DNA of 64,000 nucleotides from an uncultured Verrucomicrobiae bacterium (GTDB lineage Bacteria > Verrucomicrobiota > Verrucomicrobiia > Chthoniobacterales > Chthoniobacteraceae): NCBI GenBank assembly GCA_963769025.1, contig CAVYKI010000009.1:480001-544000 (forward strand), written 5' to 3'. The notes beneath the pieces were generated by a model that did not search any database, was not told the DNA's origin, and saw only the letters and a program-made list of their open reading frames with translations. How positions within the stretch are numbered: position 1 is the first letter of the stretch; each line of letters starts with the position of its first letter. The position numbers and the translations under genes were made by a program. Below are positions 53,931 to 63,489 of the stretch, piece by piece.

Positions 53931-55826
53931 CTAGACTGGCGCGAAGTCGATCATCCGGCGCGCGGGATCCACGCGGCAGACGATCACTTTCAGCGTGTCA
54001 CCCATTTTGAAGACGCGCTTCGAGCGGCGGTTTTCAAAGGAAGAGCGCGCGCGGTCGTAGGTGTACGGGCCGCCGGGCAGCGACTCGACGGCGATGAGAC
54101 CGGTGGTGTCGGCGTCGGGCAACTCGACGGTGAGGCCGTGCGGGCGAGTGTCGGTGACGATGGCGCGGAACTCGTCGGGCTTTTCCGAATCGAGCTGGCG
54201 CTGGAAGAATTCGAGCTTCTTCACGATGCGGCTTTCCATTTCCGCGGCGGCCGATGCGCGCTCGGTGTCGGAGAGATGCTGCGCGATCTCGGCGAGTTCC
54301 TTGCGTCCGGGGCCGCGTTCGCGGGCGAGGACGCGGTGCGCGATGAGGTCGGCATAGCGGCGGATGGGGCTGGTGAAATGGAGGTAGTTGGCCTTGTGCA
54401 GGCCGTAGTGTCCGAGCGGGTCGGGGCTGTATTGGGCGCGGCGCAGGCTCTTGAGGAATTCGATCTTCAGGCGGAATTCATCCGCGCGTCCGTGCAGGAG
54501 CGTGAGCATGCGCATGACTTCCTTGCGCTGCGTGAGGTCGCCGAGGCGCAGGCCGGCCATCGCGGCGTTCTTGCGGAATTCATTCAGCCGATCCGGGTCG
54601 GGCTTTTCGTGGATGCGATAAATGCACGGCACGTTGCGATTCTTGGTTTCGCGTCCGACGGCCTCGTTTGCGAGCAGCATGAATTCCTCGACGAGCTGGT
54701 GGGATTCGTCGTTCACGATTCGCTCCAGGCGGTCGGCCCGGCCTTCGGCGTCGAGCCAGATTTTGATCTCGGGAAAGTCGAGCTCCAGCGAGCCGGAGGC
54801 GAAGCGGTGCTTGCGGACGAGCGATGCGAGTTCCCACGAACGGCGCACGGCATTGCCGACATCGGGTGCGAAGCCGGTGACATTTTCACCGCGGATCATC
54901 GCCATCGCCTGCCGGTACGTGAGGCGCGCGTGGACTTGGATGACGGTCTTCGCAAAGCGGACCTTGGTGACTTTTCCCTGCGCGTTCAGCTCGATGAAGA
55001 CAGAGTGTGCGAGGCGGGGAATGCCGGCGCGCAGCGAGCACAAGTCCGCGCTGAGGCGGAAGGGGAGCATCGGGATGGTGCGGTCTGCTAGGTAGGTGGA
55101 GTTCGCGCGGTGGCGGGCCTCCTTGTCGAGCGCGCTGCCGGGGCGGACGTAGTGCGCGACATCGGCGATGTGGACGGTGACCTGCCAGCCGTGCGCGGTG
55201 CGCTCGACGGAGATCGCGTCGTCGTGATCCTTTGCGTCGTCGGGATCGATGGTGAGGACAAACTGGCCACGGCAGTCTTCGCGTTGCGCGATCTCGGCGT
55301 CGGAAATGTCGTCGGGAACCTCGGCGGCTTCGCGTTCGCAGGCTTCGGGAAATTCCGAGGGCAGGTCGTGGCCGCGGATGACGGAGAGCATGTCCACGCC
55401 CTTTGCGCTGGCGGGGCCGAGCACCTCGACGATGTGGCCAGTCGGCAGCGCGCCCTCGTCGAGCCATTTTTCCATCTTGAGGATGACCTTGTCGCCGACG
55501 TGCGGAGGATGCGGCAGCGCCTTTCCGCCGGAGCGGACGAGGAAGACGTGCGGGTTGCGCGGGTCGTCGGGGATGACGACCGCCTGGTTGTGCTGGCGCT
55601 GGTAGAGGCCGACGACGGTGTCGCGCTCACGCTCGATGACGCGGGTGACGCGGACCTGCTCGCCCTGCGTCGGCACGGCCTCGACGGTGTCGCCGTGGAG
55701 GGCGGTGCCGGTCGAGCCGTCGGAGACCCACGCGATGAGCTTGTCGTCCGCGCCGATGAGCCGCGCGCCGCCCTTGATGTTGAAGAGCAGCTTTCCTTTG
55801 AGTGCCGGGCGTTTCCCTTTCATCAC
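53931..55826 (-). CDS. rnr: Ribonuclease R (RNB domain)
   Basis: TIDP.DAKD.DDA, HIADV.HYV, LVEEFML.ANE, YRIH..P, HFTSPIRRYADL..HR, C-terminal S1 domain. Confidence 0.92.
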   Translation of the reverse strand: MMKGKRPALKGKLLFNIKGGARLIGADDKLIAWVSDGSTGTALHGDTVEAVPTQGEQVRVTRVIERERDTVVGLYQRQHNQAVVIPDDPRNPHVFLVRSGGKALPHPPHVGDKVILKMEKWLDEGALPTGHIVEVLGPASAKGVDMLSVIRGHDLPSEFPEACEREAAEVPDDISDAEIAQREDCRGQFVLTIDPDDAKDHDDAISVERTAHGWQVTVHIADVAHYVRPGSALDKEARHRANSTYLADRTIPMLPFRLSADLCSLRAGIPRLAHSVFIELNAQGKVTKVRFAKTVIQVHARLTYRQAMAMIRGENVTGFAPDVGNAVRRSWELASLVRKHRFASGSLELDFPEIKIWLDAEGRADRLERIVNDESHQLVEEFMLLANEAVGRETKNRNVPCIYRIHEKPDPDRLNEFRKNAAMAGLRLGDLTQRKEVMRMLTLLHGRADEFRLKIEFLKSLRRAQYSPDPLGHYGLHKANYLHFTSPIRRYADLIAHRVLARERGPGRKELAEIAQHLSDTERASAAAEMESRIVKKLEFFQRQLDSEKPDEFRAIVTDTRPHGLTVELPDADTTGLIAVESLPGGPYTYDRARSSFENRRSKRVFKMGDTLKVIVCRVDPARRMIDFAPV

Positions 55827-56467
55827 GCGCGGGCCTTCCGTGCGTTGGCGACGAATTCGGCGGCGCGCGCGCTCAGCCGGGTCCAGTCGGAGGATTCGAG
55901 GATGTCGCGCGAGAGCAGCGTGGAGCCGGCGCCGACAGCGGCGCAGCCCGCGGCGAGATAGTCGCCGGCATTTTGCGGCGTGACGCCGCCGGTGGGAATG
56001 AGTTGGAGCATGGGAAGGGGAGCGAGGATGGATTTGATGTAGGCGACGCCGAGTTGCTCGGCCGGGAAAATTTTGACGAAGTCCGAGCCGAGTTCGTGCG
56101 CGGTGAGCGCCTCGGTGGGAGTCATCGCGCCGGTGGCCACGGGGACGCCGTAGCGGTTGCAGATTTCGATCACCGCGGGCCGCACGACTGGGGTGACGAC
56201 GAACTGCGCACCAGCGAGCATCGCCTGCCGCGCAGTCTCCGAATCGAGCACGCTGCCGACGCCCATGACGATCTTATCCCCGAGCGCCGCGCGCGCCTGG
56301 CTGATGACCTGCAGCGCTGCGGGCGTGGTCATCGTGACTTCGATCGCGTGGATTCCGCCGGCGACGATCGCTTGGATGGCGTCCGGCAGTTTTTCCGCAT
56401 CATCTGTGCGCAGAATGGCGATGACGCCAGGATCCACGAGCCTCCGGAGGAGGTCCAATTTCTTCAT
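55823..56467 (-). CDS. eda: KDPG/KHG aldolase
   Basis: IAILR, IEVT.TTP, G.GSVL, GAQFVVTP, GA.TPTE, VKIFPA, IPTGGV. Confidence 0.92.
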   Translation of the reverse strand: MKKLDLLRRLVDPGVIAILRTDDAEKLPDAIQAIVAGGIHAIEVTMTTPAALQVISQARAALGDKIVMGVGSVLDSETARQAMLAGAQFVVTPVVRPAVIEICNRYGVPVATGAMTPTEALTAHELGSDFVKIFPAEQLGVAYIKSILAPLPMLQLIPTGGVTPQNAGDYLAAGCAAVGAGSTLLSRDILESSDWTRLSARAAEFVANARKARA

Positions 56468-56515
56468 CGCGACAGTATGCACGTGCCGGGGGGCGGCATG
56501 GCAAGCTTCCAGCGC

Positions 56516-58390
56516 CTAGCGCTTGCGCAGTTGCCCCGTGATGACTGACTTCAGAGCCTTGAGTGCGATTTCCTGGACGATGAACGGTTTCGAGATGAAC
56601 TCGTTGCCGCCGCGCAGGGAAGACTTCACGCGATTCTCGAGCGAGGTGTCTCCGGTGACGAAGAAAATCGGCGTCTCCGCATGGAGCGACATGGTGCGGA
56701 TGTGCGAGCAAAGCTCGAAACCATTGAGCTCCGGCAGATGCACATCGAGGATGATCAGGTCGTAGCTGTTTGCCGCGAGTTCGGCGACCGCGGCGCTCGA
56801 ATACAGCGCGAAATTGGAATGAAGCCCGACGAGTTTCAACGCCTCGACCACCATCGCGCATGTGTTCTGGTCATCGTCCACCACATAGACGCGGGTCTCG
56901 CCGAGCTTGACGCAATCTTCAATCCCGGGGTCGGACAGAAGAAGGGAGATGAACTCGATGGTCTGGTGGAGCGTCCGGAGGCTCGCCTGCGTGATTTGGT
57001 CCGGCACCTCCAACAGATCGCCCAGCAGGCTCGCAAATGCCGTCGATGCCCGGTGCAAAATCGGACGGCCGTTTTCCAGCGCGAGTTCGGAAATCTTCAG
57101 CGCGTAGGTCTCGAGTTCGCCAAGGATGCCGATCTGCTTCTGGTCGCGGCTGAAGGTCTGGTAGCAACGGCGCATGGCCATGATTTCGTCCCGACCAGGA
57201 CCCGCTTCCTGCACGGGCCCGGGGCGGTTTTCAAACGAAGCGCCTGCGGACGGGACGGGGCGGCCCGCGAGCTTCGCCTGGAGTCGCGCCTCGGCAAGGC
57301 TTGCGCTGAGATTCCGGATGTCCCGATGCGCATTTTCGAGCTGGGCGGACAGGTCGATCATGTCGAGGCGGCGCTTTTCAAAATGCACCTCCATCTGGCC
57401 TCTGTCGGTCAGCCTGTCGTTGTTCTCGGTGAGCGCCTGCCTGAGGCGGGCGACCTCGGCGGATCGCTCGTCGAGCTGGGCTTCGAGGGCGATCGTGTTC
57501 GCGGAAAGCTGCTCCTTGATGGCATCGCGGTCACGGATGATCGCGTCGATCTGTTTCTGTGCCGCGACGAGGGAGGCGCGCGCCTCATCGAGAGCCGAAG
57601 GTGCGTTGTGCGAATCTTCGCGCAGGTCTTGGCAGCGCTTTTCGGCGGTTTCCCGCGCGTATGTGGCCTCCGCGGCCTCATCCTCGAGTTCGCCGATGCG
57701 TTTCTTCAGGCCCATGATCTGCGTTGCCATCCCGTCGCGGGCCTGACGCAGCGCTGCGAGCTGCTCGCCGGGTTCGCCATCGCCCTTCTTCTTCGTGGAA
57801 GTGAGTGCCTGACGCGCCTCGGCGAGGGCCTTTTGCGCGTCGGCGAAATTCTTCGTGGCGAGAGCGGCCTTCTCGACGGCTGCGTCGCGTTCCTGCTTGG
57901 AAAGATCGCGCTGCCGGATGGCCGCGTCCCGTTGTCGCTGGGATTCCTCGCGTTTTTGATCCGATTCTTCGGCGAGCCGTCGCGACTGCTTGCTTTCCCG
58001 CAGTGCCGCGTCGCGTTCCGCGATGGCCTCGTGCAGGTCGGATTCGGCAGACCTGAGACGATGCTTGAGATCGGAAATTTGCGGACCGTATTGCGATTGC
58101 TGCTCGAGCAGCATGTCCCTCTCACGGGCGAGCGCCTTTACCGGCGCGCCGGATTCGAGCTGTTCCTGAAGGGAGAGGACTTTTCCGCGCAGTTGCTCGC
58201 GCTCCTCCTCCGCCTGCCGCTGGCGCCGGCGGGCATCGCTGGCGGCGGCTTGCATTTTCTCGATCAGGTCGCGGATTTCCCGCGTCGGGTCGCGATCCTG
58301 CGTGATGAGGTTCTGAGGCAGGGGTGCGACGGGTTCCTGCTCATCGCCCGGGCCGGGAAATTCAGTAATCTTGTGTGACGCTTGGGGCAT
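56516..58390 (-). CDS. Response regulator with a long N-terminal coiled coil and C-terminal receiver domain
   Basis: Heptad-rich region of about 330 aa; VYVVDDD, LIILDVHLP..NGFELC, FFVTG, FISKPF. Confidence 0.85.
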   Translation of the reverse strand: MPQASHKITEFPGPGDEQEPVAPLPQNLITQDRDPTREIRDLIEKMQAAASDARRRQRQAEEEREQLRGKVLSLQEQLESGAPVKALARERDMLLEQQSQYGPQISDLKHRLRSAESDLHEAIAERDAALRESKQSRRLAEESDQKREESQRQRDAAIRQRDLSKQERDAAVEKAALATKNFADAQKALAEARQALTSTKKKGDGEPGEQLAALRQARDGMATQIMGLKKRIGELEDEAAEATYARETAEKRCQDLREDSHNAPSALDEARASLVAAQKQIDAIIRDRDAIKEQLSANTIALEAQLDERSAEVARLRQALTENNDRLTDRGQMEVHFEKRRLDMIDLSAQLENAHRDIRNLSASLAEARLQAKLAGRPVPSAGASFENRPGPVQEAGPGRDEIMAMRRCYQTFSRDQKQIGILGELETYALKISELALENGRPILHRASTAFASLLGDLLEVPDQITQASLRTLHQTIEFISLLLSDPGIEDCVKLGETRVYVVDDDQNTCAMVVEALKLVGLHSNFALYSSAAVAELAANSYDLIILDVHLPELNGFELCSHIRTMSLHAETPIFFVTGDTSLENRVKSSLRGGNEFISKPFIVQEIALKALKSVITGQLRKR

Positions 58391-58472
58391 GAATGGCCGG
58401 TGACCGTTTTTCGCGGACGCCCGGCCAAACTTTATTAGCAAAGCACGTGCCCGAATGGGTGCCGTGTTCGGG

Positions 58473-58865
58473 TCAGGAAACCCCGGCCACCTGAAAGCCA
58501 ATTTTCTCAAGAAATGCGCGTATTTTCGCCGCCTGGTCGCCCTGCATTTCGATGGTGCGATCCCGGAGCGTCCCGCCTGTGCCGATGGCGTGGCGCAAAT
58601 CCCTCGCGAGGTCCTCCAGAGCGGGTTTCGTCATCGCCGGCGGAAAATCATGGATCACGATCACCGTCCGTCCGCCGCGATGGGCGGTCTCGCGGCGAAG
58701 GACCACGCGACCAAGCTTCTTTGGCTTTTGCGGTACCGCGGGCGCGGGTTTCGCCGGTGCGGGCGGCAATGGACCGAGGTCCATGCCCGACAAGGCCTGC
58801 CCCAATCCTGCCAGACCCTGCTGCTGCGGGTTCACGTCGACGCGGTTAGGCTTTTCTGGGCGCAT
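58473..58865 (-). CDS. yciH: SUI1/YciH family translation initiation factor
   Basis: RRE..HRGG.TV.VI, LA..L....G.GGT....IE.QGD. Confidence 0.85.
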   Translation of the reverse strand: MRPEKPNRVDVNPQQQGLAGLGQALSGMDLGPLPPAPAKPAPAVPQKPKKLGRVVLRRETAHRGGRTVIVIHDFPPAMTKPALEDLARDLRHAIGTGGTLRDRTIEMQGDQAAKIRAFLEKIGFQVAGVS

Positions 58866-58946
58866 GGTGTGCTCCAGAGTTTGGCTGCCAAATGGTCAAT
58901 TTACAATTCAAGAAACGCTCCTAGAGTGCGAATCACATCAGCGCCC

Positions 58947-59711
58947 ATGACACACCTCTCCCTCATCGCCGTCGCGCTTGCTGCGTTGTTTTCACCGGCG
59001 AGTTCTGTGCTGGCGGACGTGGTGCAAAAGCCGGCCCCGCTCGGGGCGGAACTGACGAAAAAGGCGCCGTTCTCGATGGCCGGGCAGCTCATTTTTCGCA
59101 GCGGAGCGTCGTATTATGAGGGAAGCGGCACCGTCGTCTATTCGCGGAGCGTCCTCACCGCGGCGCACAATCTGTGGGATCCGGTCAATGGCTGGAGCAC
59201 GGACATGCGGTTCAACCGCGCCCGGAACGGCACGAGCAGCGTCTCCCGGCAGTCGCCCAGCAGGATGTATGTCTTCGGGACCTATCGGACTGCGGCCGCA
59301 CGCTATGGCATGGATTCGGTGCGTTCATTCGCGAGTGATTTGGGCGGGCTGCGCTTCAATGTGGCGCCCGCTGCCGGTGCGTATGCCGGCTGGAAGGCCG
59401 ACACCCGCCTGCTCGGCGCGGGCGTCCCGGTCTTGTGCCTGGGTTATGGCGGCGAATTTCACGGAGGCGATGAGCTGCTGGCCGTCCGTTCGTCGGGCGG
59501 CTTCACGCCTGTGCTTGGGGCATTCATGGAAAGCACGGGCCTGACTTTCGAGGCGGGCATGAGCGGCGGGCCGATATTCTCCGAAGTGGCCCCGGATGAT
59601 TTGCGCGTGGTCGGCATCGTCGTTGCCGGGTCGGATGATCCGCCGGCTGGCGGCATCCATGCACTGGATGCGGCGGGCGGCGGCTTCGTCGCCACCTACC
59701 TGCGCTACTGA
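58947..59711 (+). CDS. Secreted trypsin-like (V8/glutamyl endopeptidase-type) serine protease
   Basis: GSGT, VLTAAH, SDLG and GMSGGP triad motifs. Confidence 0.8.
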   Translation: MTHLSLIAVALAALFSPASSVLADVVQKPAPLGAELTKKAPFSMAGQLIFRSGASYYEGSGTVVYSRSVLTAAHNLWDPVNGWSTDMRFNRARNGTSSVSRQSPSRMYVFGTYRTAAARYGMDSVRSFASDLGGLRFNVAPAAGAYAGWKADTRLLGAGVPVLCLGYGGEFHGGDELLAVRSSGGFTPVLGAFMESTGLTFEAGMSGGPIFSEVAPDDLRVVGIVVAGSDDPPAGGIHALDAAGGGFVATYLRY

Positions 59712-59756
59712 CCGGCAAACGGGACGACCTCGTGCGAAACGCCCGGGTTTTCACCT

Positions 59757-60842
59757 TTGTCGCGGTCGTACCTGCTGCTTGCCGCTGCGGGATATCTTGC
59801 CGGAAGGCATTTCCGAAAAGCGAGCGAACCCGCGAGATCCGCAGCGGGCATGGCGCCCCTCGGCTATGCCGGGCCCGGCGCATTTGAGGGCGAGAAGCGG
59901 GATGATTCTCCGGCGGGACTCCTAGCGAGAGTTTTCGACCGTCTCCGCTCTGGCAACCTCCAGCCCGGCGACCTTGCGGCACTGCGAAGACTGCTTCTCG
60001 CCGCCGATCCGCACGAGGCGATGAAGGCGATTCTGTCCTTCCTCGCGACCGGGCAGGATGCGCGGACTGGCGAGAGTTTCGGGATTCAGAAGGGCGGGGG
60101 ACTCGGCGGTGCGCCGACCTTCCGCGTGATGCTCCTCGACCTGCTCGGACGCATCGCGCGCGACGCCGGCACGGATGATGCCGCGACCTATTCCCGCGCG
60201 CTGCTCACCCGGAAGACCTCGGCAGATGAGTGGTCCATCGCCTTGCGAAACGTCGCCTGGAATGCGCCCGATGATCGCGCATTTCTCACCACTAAAATGC
60301 GCGAGATGCTCGACTACCAGCCTTGGCGCCTACAGCCGAGCGCGGGCTATCTGGAAGCATTCGACGTGATCGTTTTCACGAAGAACGCGGCCTTCACTTC
60401 GGATCTGTCGGCGATGGTGAGCAGCGAGGATGACTCCCTCAAACGCGCAGCCGCCGCAGCGATGGATCGCCTGAGCGAAATGGCTCCGCTCGACGTGATG
60501 AACTACCTGAACGGGCATCCCGCGGAATTTGCCGACCGGCCCTTTTTGCGCGCGGACTACTATTCAAAGGCGGACCTCTCGCATTTTCAGCAACGGCAGG
60601 CGGTCGAGGCGTACCTCGCGAGGGCGGATGTCACCGCGGCGGAAAAGGACAAGCTGCTCGCGGTCTTCGCGAACCCCGGCACCTTTGTCGGCGACACGCT
60701 CGTCACGGAACCGGCCGCCGCGGACGATCCGCCGCAGCGCACCGCCGGCCTGCGCGCCGCGGTCGGCGACTGGCTGAAGGGAAACCGCTTTCCCGATCTC
60801 ACAGGCTCGCTCACGCAACTCCAGCAGCGCCTCGCGGAGTAG
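59757..60842 (+). CDS. Hypothetical helical (HEAT-like) protein
   Basis: Long ORF with host-like codon use directly downstream of the protease; start uncertain. Confidence 0.6.
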   Translation: MSRSYLLLAAAGYLAGRHFRKASEPARSAAGMAPLGYAGPGAFEGEKRDDSPAGLLARVFDRLRSGNLQPGDLAALRRLLLAADPHEAMKAILSFLATGQDARTGESFGIQKGGGLGGAPTFRVMLLDLLGRIARDAGTDDAATYSRALLTRKTSADEWSIALRNVAWNAPDDRAFLTTKMREMLDYQPWRLQPSAGYLEAFDVIVFTKNAAFTSDLSAMVSSEDDSLKRAAAAAMDRLSEMAPLDVMNYLNGHPAEFADRPFLRADYYSKADLSHFQQRQAVEAYLARADVTAAEKDKLLAVFANPGTFVGDTLVTEPAAADDPPQRTAGLRAAVGDWLKGNRFPDLTGSLTQLQQRLAE

Positions 60843-60847
60843 CGCGC

Positions 60848-61207
60848 TCAGCGTTCGCGGCGGATGCGCACGCCGGTGAATTCCGCATCCGGCAGGACAA
60901 ATTTCCGGACTTCCACCTCGACCGCGGCGACGGCGAAATGACGCAGCACGAGCGCGGCGATTTCCTCCGCGAGTGTCTCGACCAGCGTGCGTTCGCCTGC
61001 GCCTGCGTGGGCTTTCACTTCCTCCGCCACGGCGGCGTAATCCACGGTCCGCGAGAGCCGGTCGCGCAGTTCCCCAAATCCATGGGTCGGCTCGATGACG
61101 ATGGATGCGAGCACGCGCTGCGGTTGGCTGCGCTCCGCTTCCGTCGCGCCAATGCGCGTGGAAAGCTCCAGCCGTGAGATGAGGATTTGATCAGGTGGGC
61201 GCGGCAT
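60848..61207 (-). CDS. folB: Dihydroneopterin aldolase
   Basis: D.I.I..L.....IG....ER..PQ, TVDY..V, LVETLAE.IA, V.K. Confidence 0.9.
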   Translation of the reverse strand: MPRPPDQILISRLELSTRIGATEAERSQPQRVLASIVIEPTHGFGELRDRLSRTVDYAAVAEEVKAHAGAGERTLVETLAEEIAALVLRHFAVAAVEVEVRKFVLPDAEFTGVRIRRER

Positions 61208-61256
61208 TGGCGTAAAAAATGCATCCCCGCGATGTCCGCGGCAATCGGCAATCGGC

Positions 61257-61613
61257 TCACCCGACCCGGAACCGCACGTCTCGCACAGCTCGGCCGAAGC
61301 GCTGCTTGAGCTTCGCGAGGATGTCGGCGCGCAGGGTGCGGTCCAGTTCGTAGAGCATGGAGGGCTGGAGCACGCGGACGTGCAGGATGCCTTCCACGAG
61401 GCGCTGCGGGCAGGAGTGCTGCGAAATGAATGCGCCCACGATGTCCTCCCAAGCGCGCAGGATTTCCTCCTCGCGCACGCGTTTCTCGAGGCCGAGCTGC
61501 GCGATGACCTTTTCAAGGACGCCGCCGATGGGCTTCCAGTTCTCCTGCGGGAATGGCCGCTCGGGCAGCCCGCGCCAGTCAGCAATGACTTTGGAGCGCA
61601 GTTGCGGATTCAT
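61257..61613 (-). CDS. DUF721/DciA family protein
   Basis: W..IVG..I..H..P..L..G.L.V.V pattern. Confidence 0.8.
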   Translation of the reverse strand: MNPQLRSKVIADWRGLPERPFPQENWKPIGGVLEKVIAQLGLEKRVREEEILRAWEDIVGAFISQHSCPQRLVEGILHVRVLQPSMLYELDRTLRADILAKLKQRFGRAVRDVRFRVG

Positions 61614-61653
61614 GCGGCGCAATGAGCACCCGAAACGGGCGCAGCGCACGCAC

Positions 61654-61681
61654 TTTCCGCGTTCCGCATTCCGCGCTCCGC
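61654..61681 (-). repeat. Second copy of the intergenic heptamer repeat
   Basis: Reverse complement GCGGAGCGCGGAATGCGGAACGCGGAAA matches 16727-16754 at 27 of 28 nt. Confidence 0.8.
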
Positions 61682-61687
61682 TTTTCC

Positions 61688-61921
61688 CTATTCGCCGTCG
61701 TTGCCGATGGCCTCGACCGGGCAGCCTTCCATGGCTTCCTTGCAGAGCTTCTCCTCGTCGGCGTTTTCCGGCTGTTTGAAGAGGAAGCTGTGGCCCCCGT
61801 CGTCGTTGCGCTTGAAATTCGCGGGCGCGGTTTCGCGGCAGAGGTCGCAGTCGATGCACTGATCGTCCACGTAGAATTTGCCACCTACATTTTCAGGATA
61901 CTTGTTCGCTTTGTCGGCCAT
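61688..61921 (-). CDS. Ferredoxin
   Basis: FYVDDQCIDCDLC...AP.NF ... C.EA...CPVEAIG. Confidence 0.92.
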   Translation of the reverse strand: MADKANKYPENVGGKFYVDDQCIDCDLCRETAPANFKRNDDGGHSFLFKQPENADEEKLCKEAMEGCPVEAIGNDGE

Positions 61922-62050
61922 GGTCAGATTTGGGCGGCGAAAGTAGCGACCCGCTCCCTTTCGGCAACGCATTTTTTTCCGGGAAGATTCCAGTGGTGAT
62001 TCCGCCCGCTCTTCGGATACTCACTTCAAGCTCACGATTTTCACTTTCCC

Positions 62051-62875
62051 ATGACCGACAAATCCGTTTCCAAACTAGTTTCCGCCGAGGGCTGGCATGT
62101 GCTGCACCTCTTTTACAAAGTCGAGCACGGCCAGTGGTCGATGCTCTCGCCGGAGGAAAAGCTCCGCGCGCGGACCAACCTCAGCGACCTCATCCAGGAA
62201 ATCCGCGGCACCGAGGGCTGCCAGTTGCTCACCTTCTCGATGGTCAGCCCGAAGGCCGACCTCGGCTTCATGATGCTCTGCGCGGACCTGCACGATGCGA
62301 ACCGTTTTGAGAAGCGCCTCACACTCTCGCTCGGGCCGGACGTGCTGTCGCCGACCTACAGCTTTTACTCGATGACCGAGCGCAGCGAATACACCACGAG
62401 CGAGGCGGAATACATCGCGCAGCTCGCCGCCGAAGGCCTTGCCCCGGGCACCCCGGCGCACGACACGAAGCTCGCCGAATGGCGCAACCGCATGGACCAC
62501 TACCTCCAGCACCGTCTATACCCGGTGCTCCCGCCGTGGGAGGCGATGTGCTTTTACCCGATGAGCAAGCGCCGCGGCACCGGCGACCAGAACTGGTACG
62601 CGCTCACGCACGAGCAGCGCAAGGAACTCATGGGCGGCCACGCAAAGGTGGGCCGCAAGTGGGCGGGGAAAATCCTCCAGCTCATCACCGGCTGCACGGG
62701 ACTCGATGACTGGGAATGGGGCGTCACGCTGCTTGCGCACGACCCGATGGACCTCAAGGGCATCGTCTATGAAATGCGCTTCGACGAAGTGACGCACCGC
62801 TTCGGTGAGTTCGGCGAATTCTACACCGGGCTGCAATTGCCGATGGATGAAATCTTCCGCCGCCTGATGCTGTGA
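62051..62875 (+). CDS. hemQ: Coproheme decarboxylase / chlorite dismutase family heme protein
   Basis: EGW..LH.F, KADL, FYPM.KRR, NWY.L....R..LM..H...GR, GLDDWEWGVTL, MRFDE. Confidence 0.85.
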   Translation: MTDKSVSKLVSAEGWHVLHLFYKVEHGQWSMLSPEEKLRARTNLSDLIQEIRGTEGCQLLTFSMVSPKADLGFMMLCADLHDANRFEKRLTLSLGPDVLSPTYSFYSMTERSEYTTSEAEYIAQLAAEGLAPGTPAHDTKLAEWRNRMDHYLQHRLYPVLPPWEAMCFYPMSKRRGTGDQNWYALTHEQRKELMGGHAKVGRKWAGKILQLITGCTGLDDWEWGVTLLAHDPMDLKGIVYEMRFDEVTHRFGEFGEFYTGLQLPMDEIFRRLML

Positions 62876-63489
62876 AGCTGCTCTTCGCGCTGTTCGCGTC
62901 CGTCGTTTGCGCACATGGCGCAAATCCGTATCTCCACCTGCCCGACGATCAGCCGGTCACGCGCGAGTTCGTGGGCGAGGAATGGGACCAGGATCGCATC
63001 GGCATCGACGCCAAGGGCGACGCCGCCAAGCGCGCGCCGCTTTCCGCGACCGTCACCACGCTGCGGCTGGAGACGATGCCGTGGGGTGAAATCTACCGCA
63101 TTACCTTCAAGGTCACGCCCGCAGCCTCGGAGCGGAACATCGGGCCGTATTACCTGCTGGTCACGGATAACGAAATCCTCGTCCTCAACAGCGCCGACAT
63201 GGATCGGGAGATCCGCGTCATCCGGGAGATGAAGAAGCAGCCGCGCTACGAAAAGGGCGACGTCTCTGCGCTGACGAAGGGCACGCTGAAATTCCGCGAG
63301 GGAATGTGGATCACCGAGGTGAAGCCGAAGGGCGACACCTGCCGGCGCGAGAGTTGGCATGATGGATCGGGACACTTCAGCCGCATGGTGTGGAAAAAGG
63401 GTGCGGGCCTCGTGGAGGTCGCGATGGGTTATGGCGCCGAGCGAACCGGCTTCGAACTCAAACTGCGGTTGCCCGGAGCGAAGAAATGA
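62872..63489 (+). CDS. Secreted hypothetical protein
   Basis: GTG start overlapping the hemQ stop; signal peptide; C-terminal W..G.GLV motif. Confidence 0.6.
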   Translation: MKLLFALFASVVCAHGANPYLHLPDDQPVTREFVGEEWDQDRIGIDAKGDAAKRAPLSATVTTLRLETMPWGEIYRITFKVTPAASERNIGPYYLLVTDNEILVLNSADMDREIRVIREMKKQPRYEKGDVSALTKGTLKFREGMWITEVKPKGDTCRRESWHDGSGHFSRMVWKKGAGLVEVAMGYGAERTGFELKLRLPGAKK

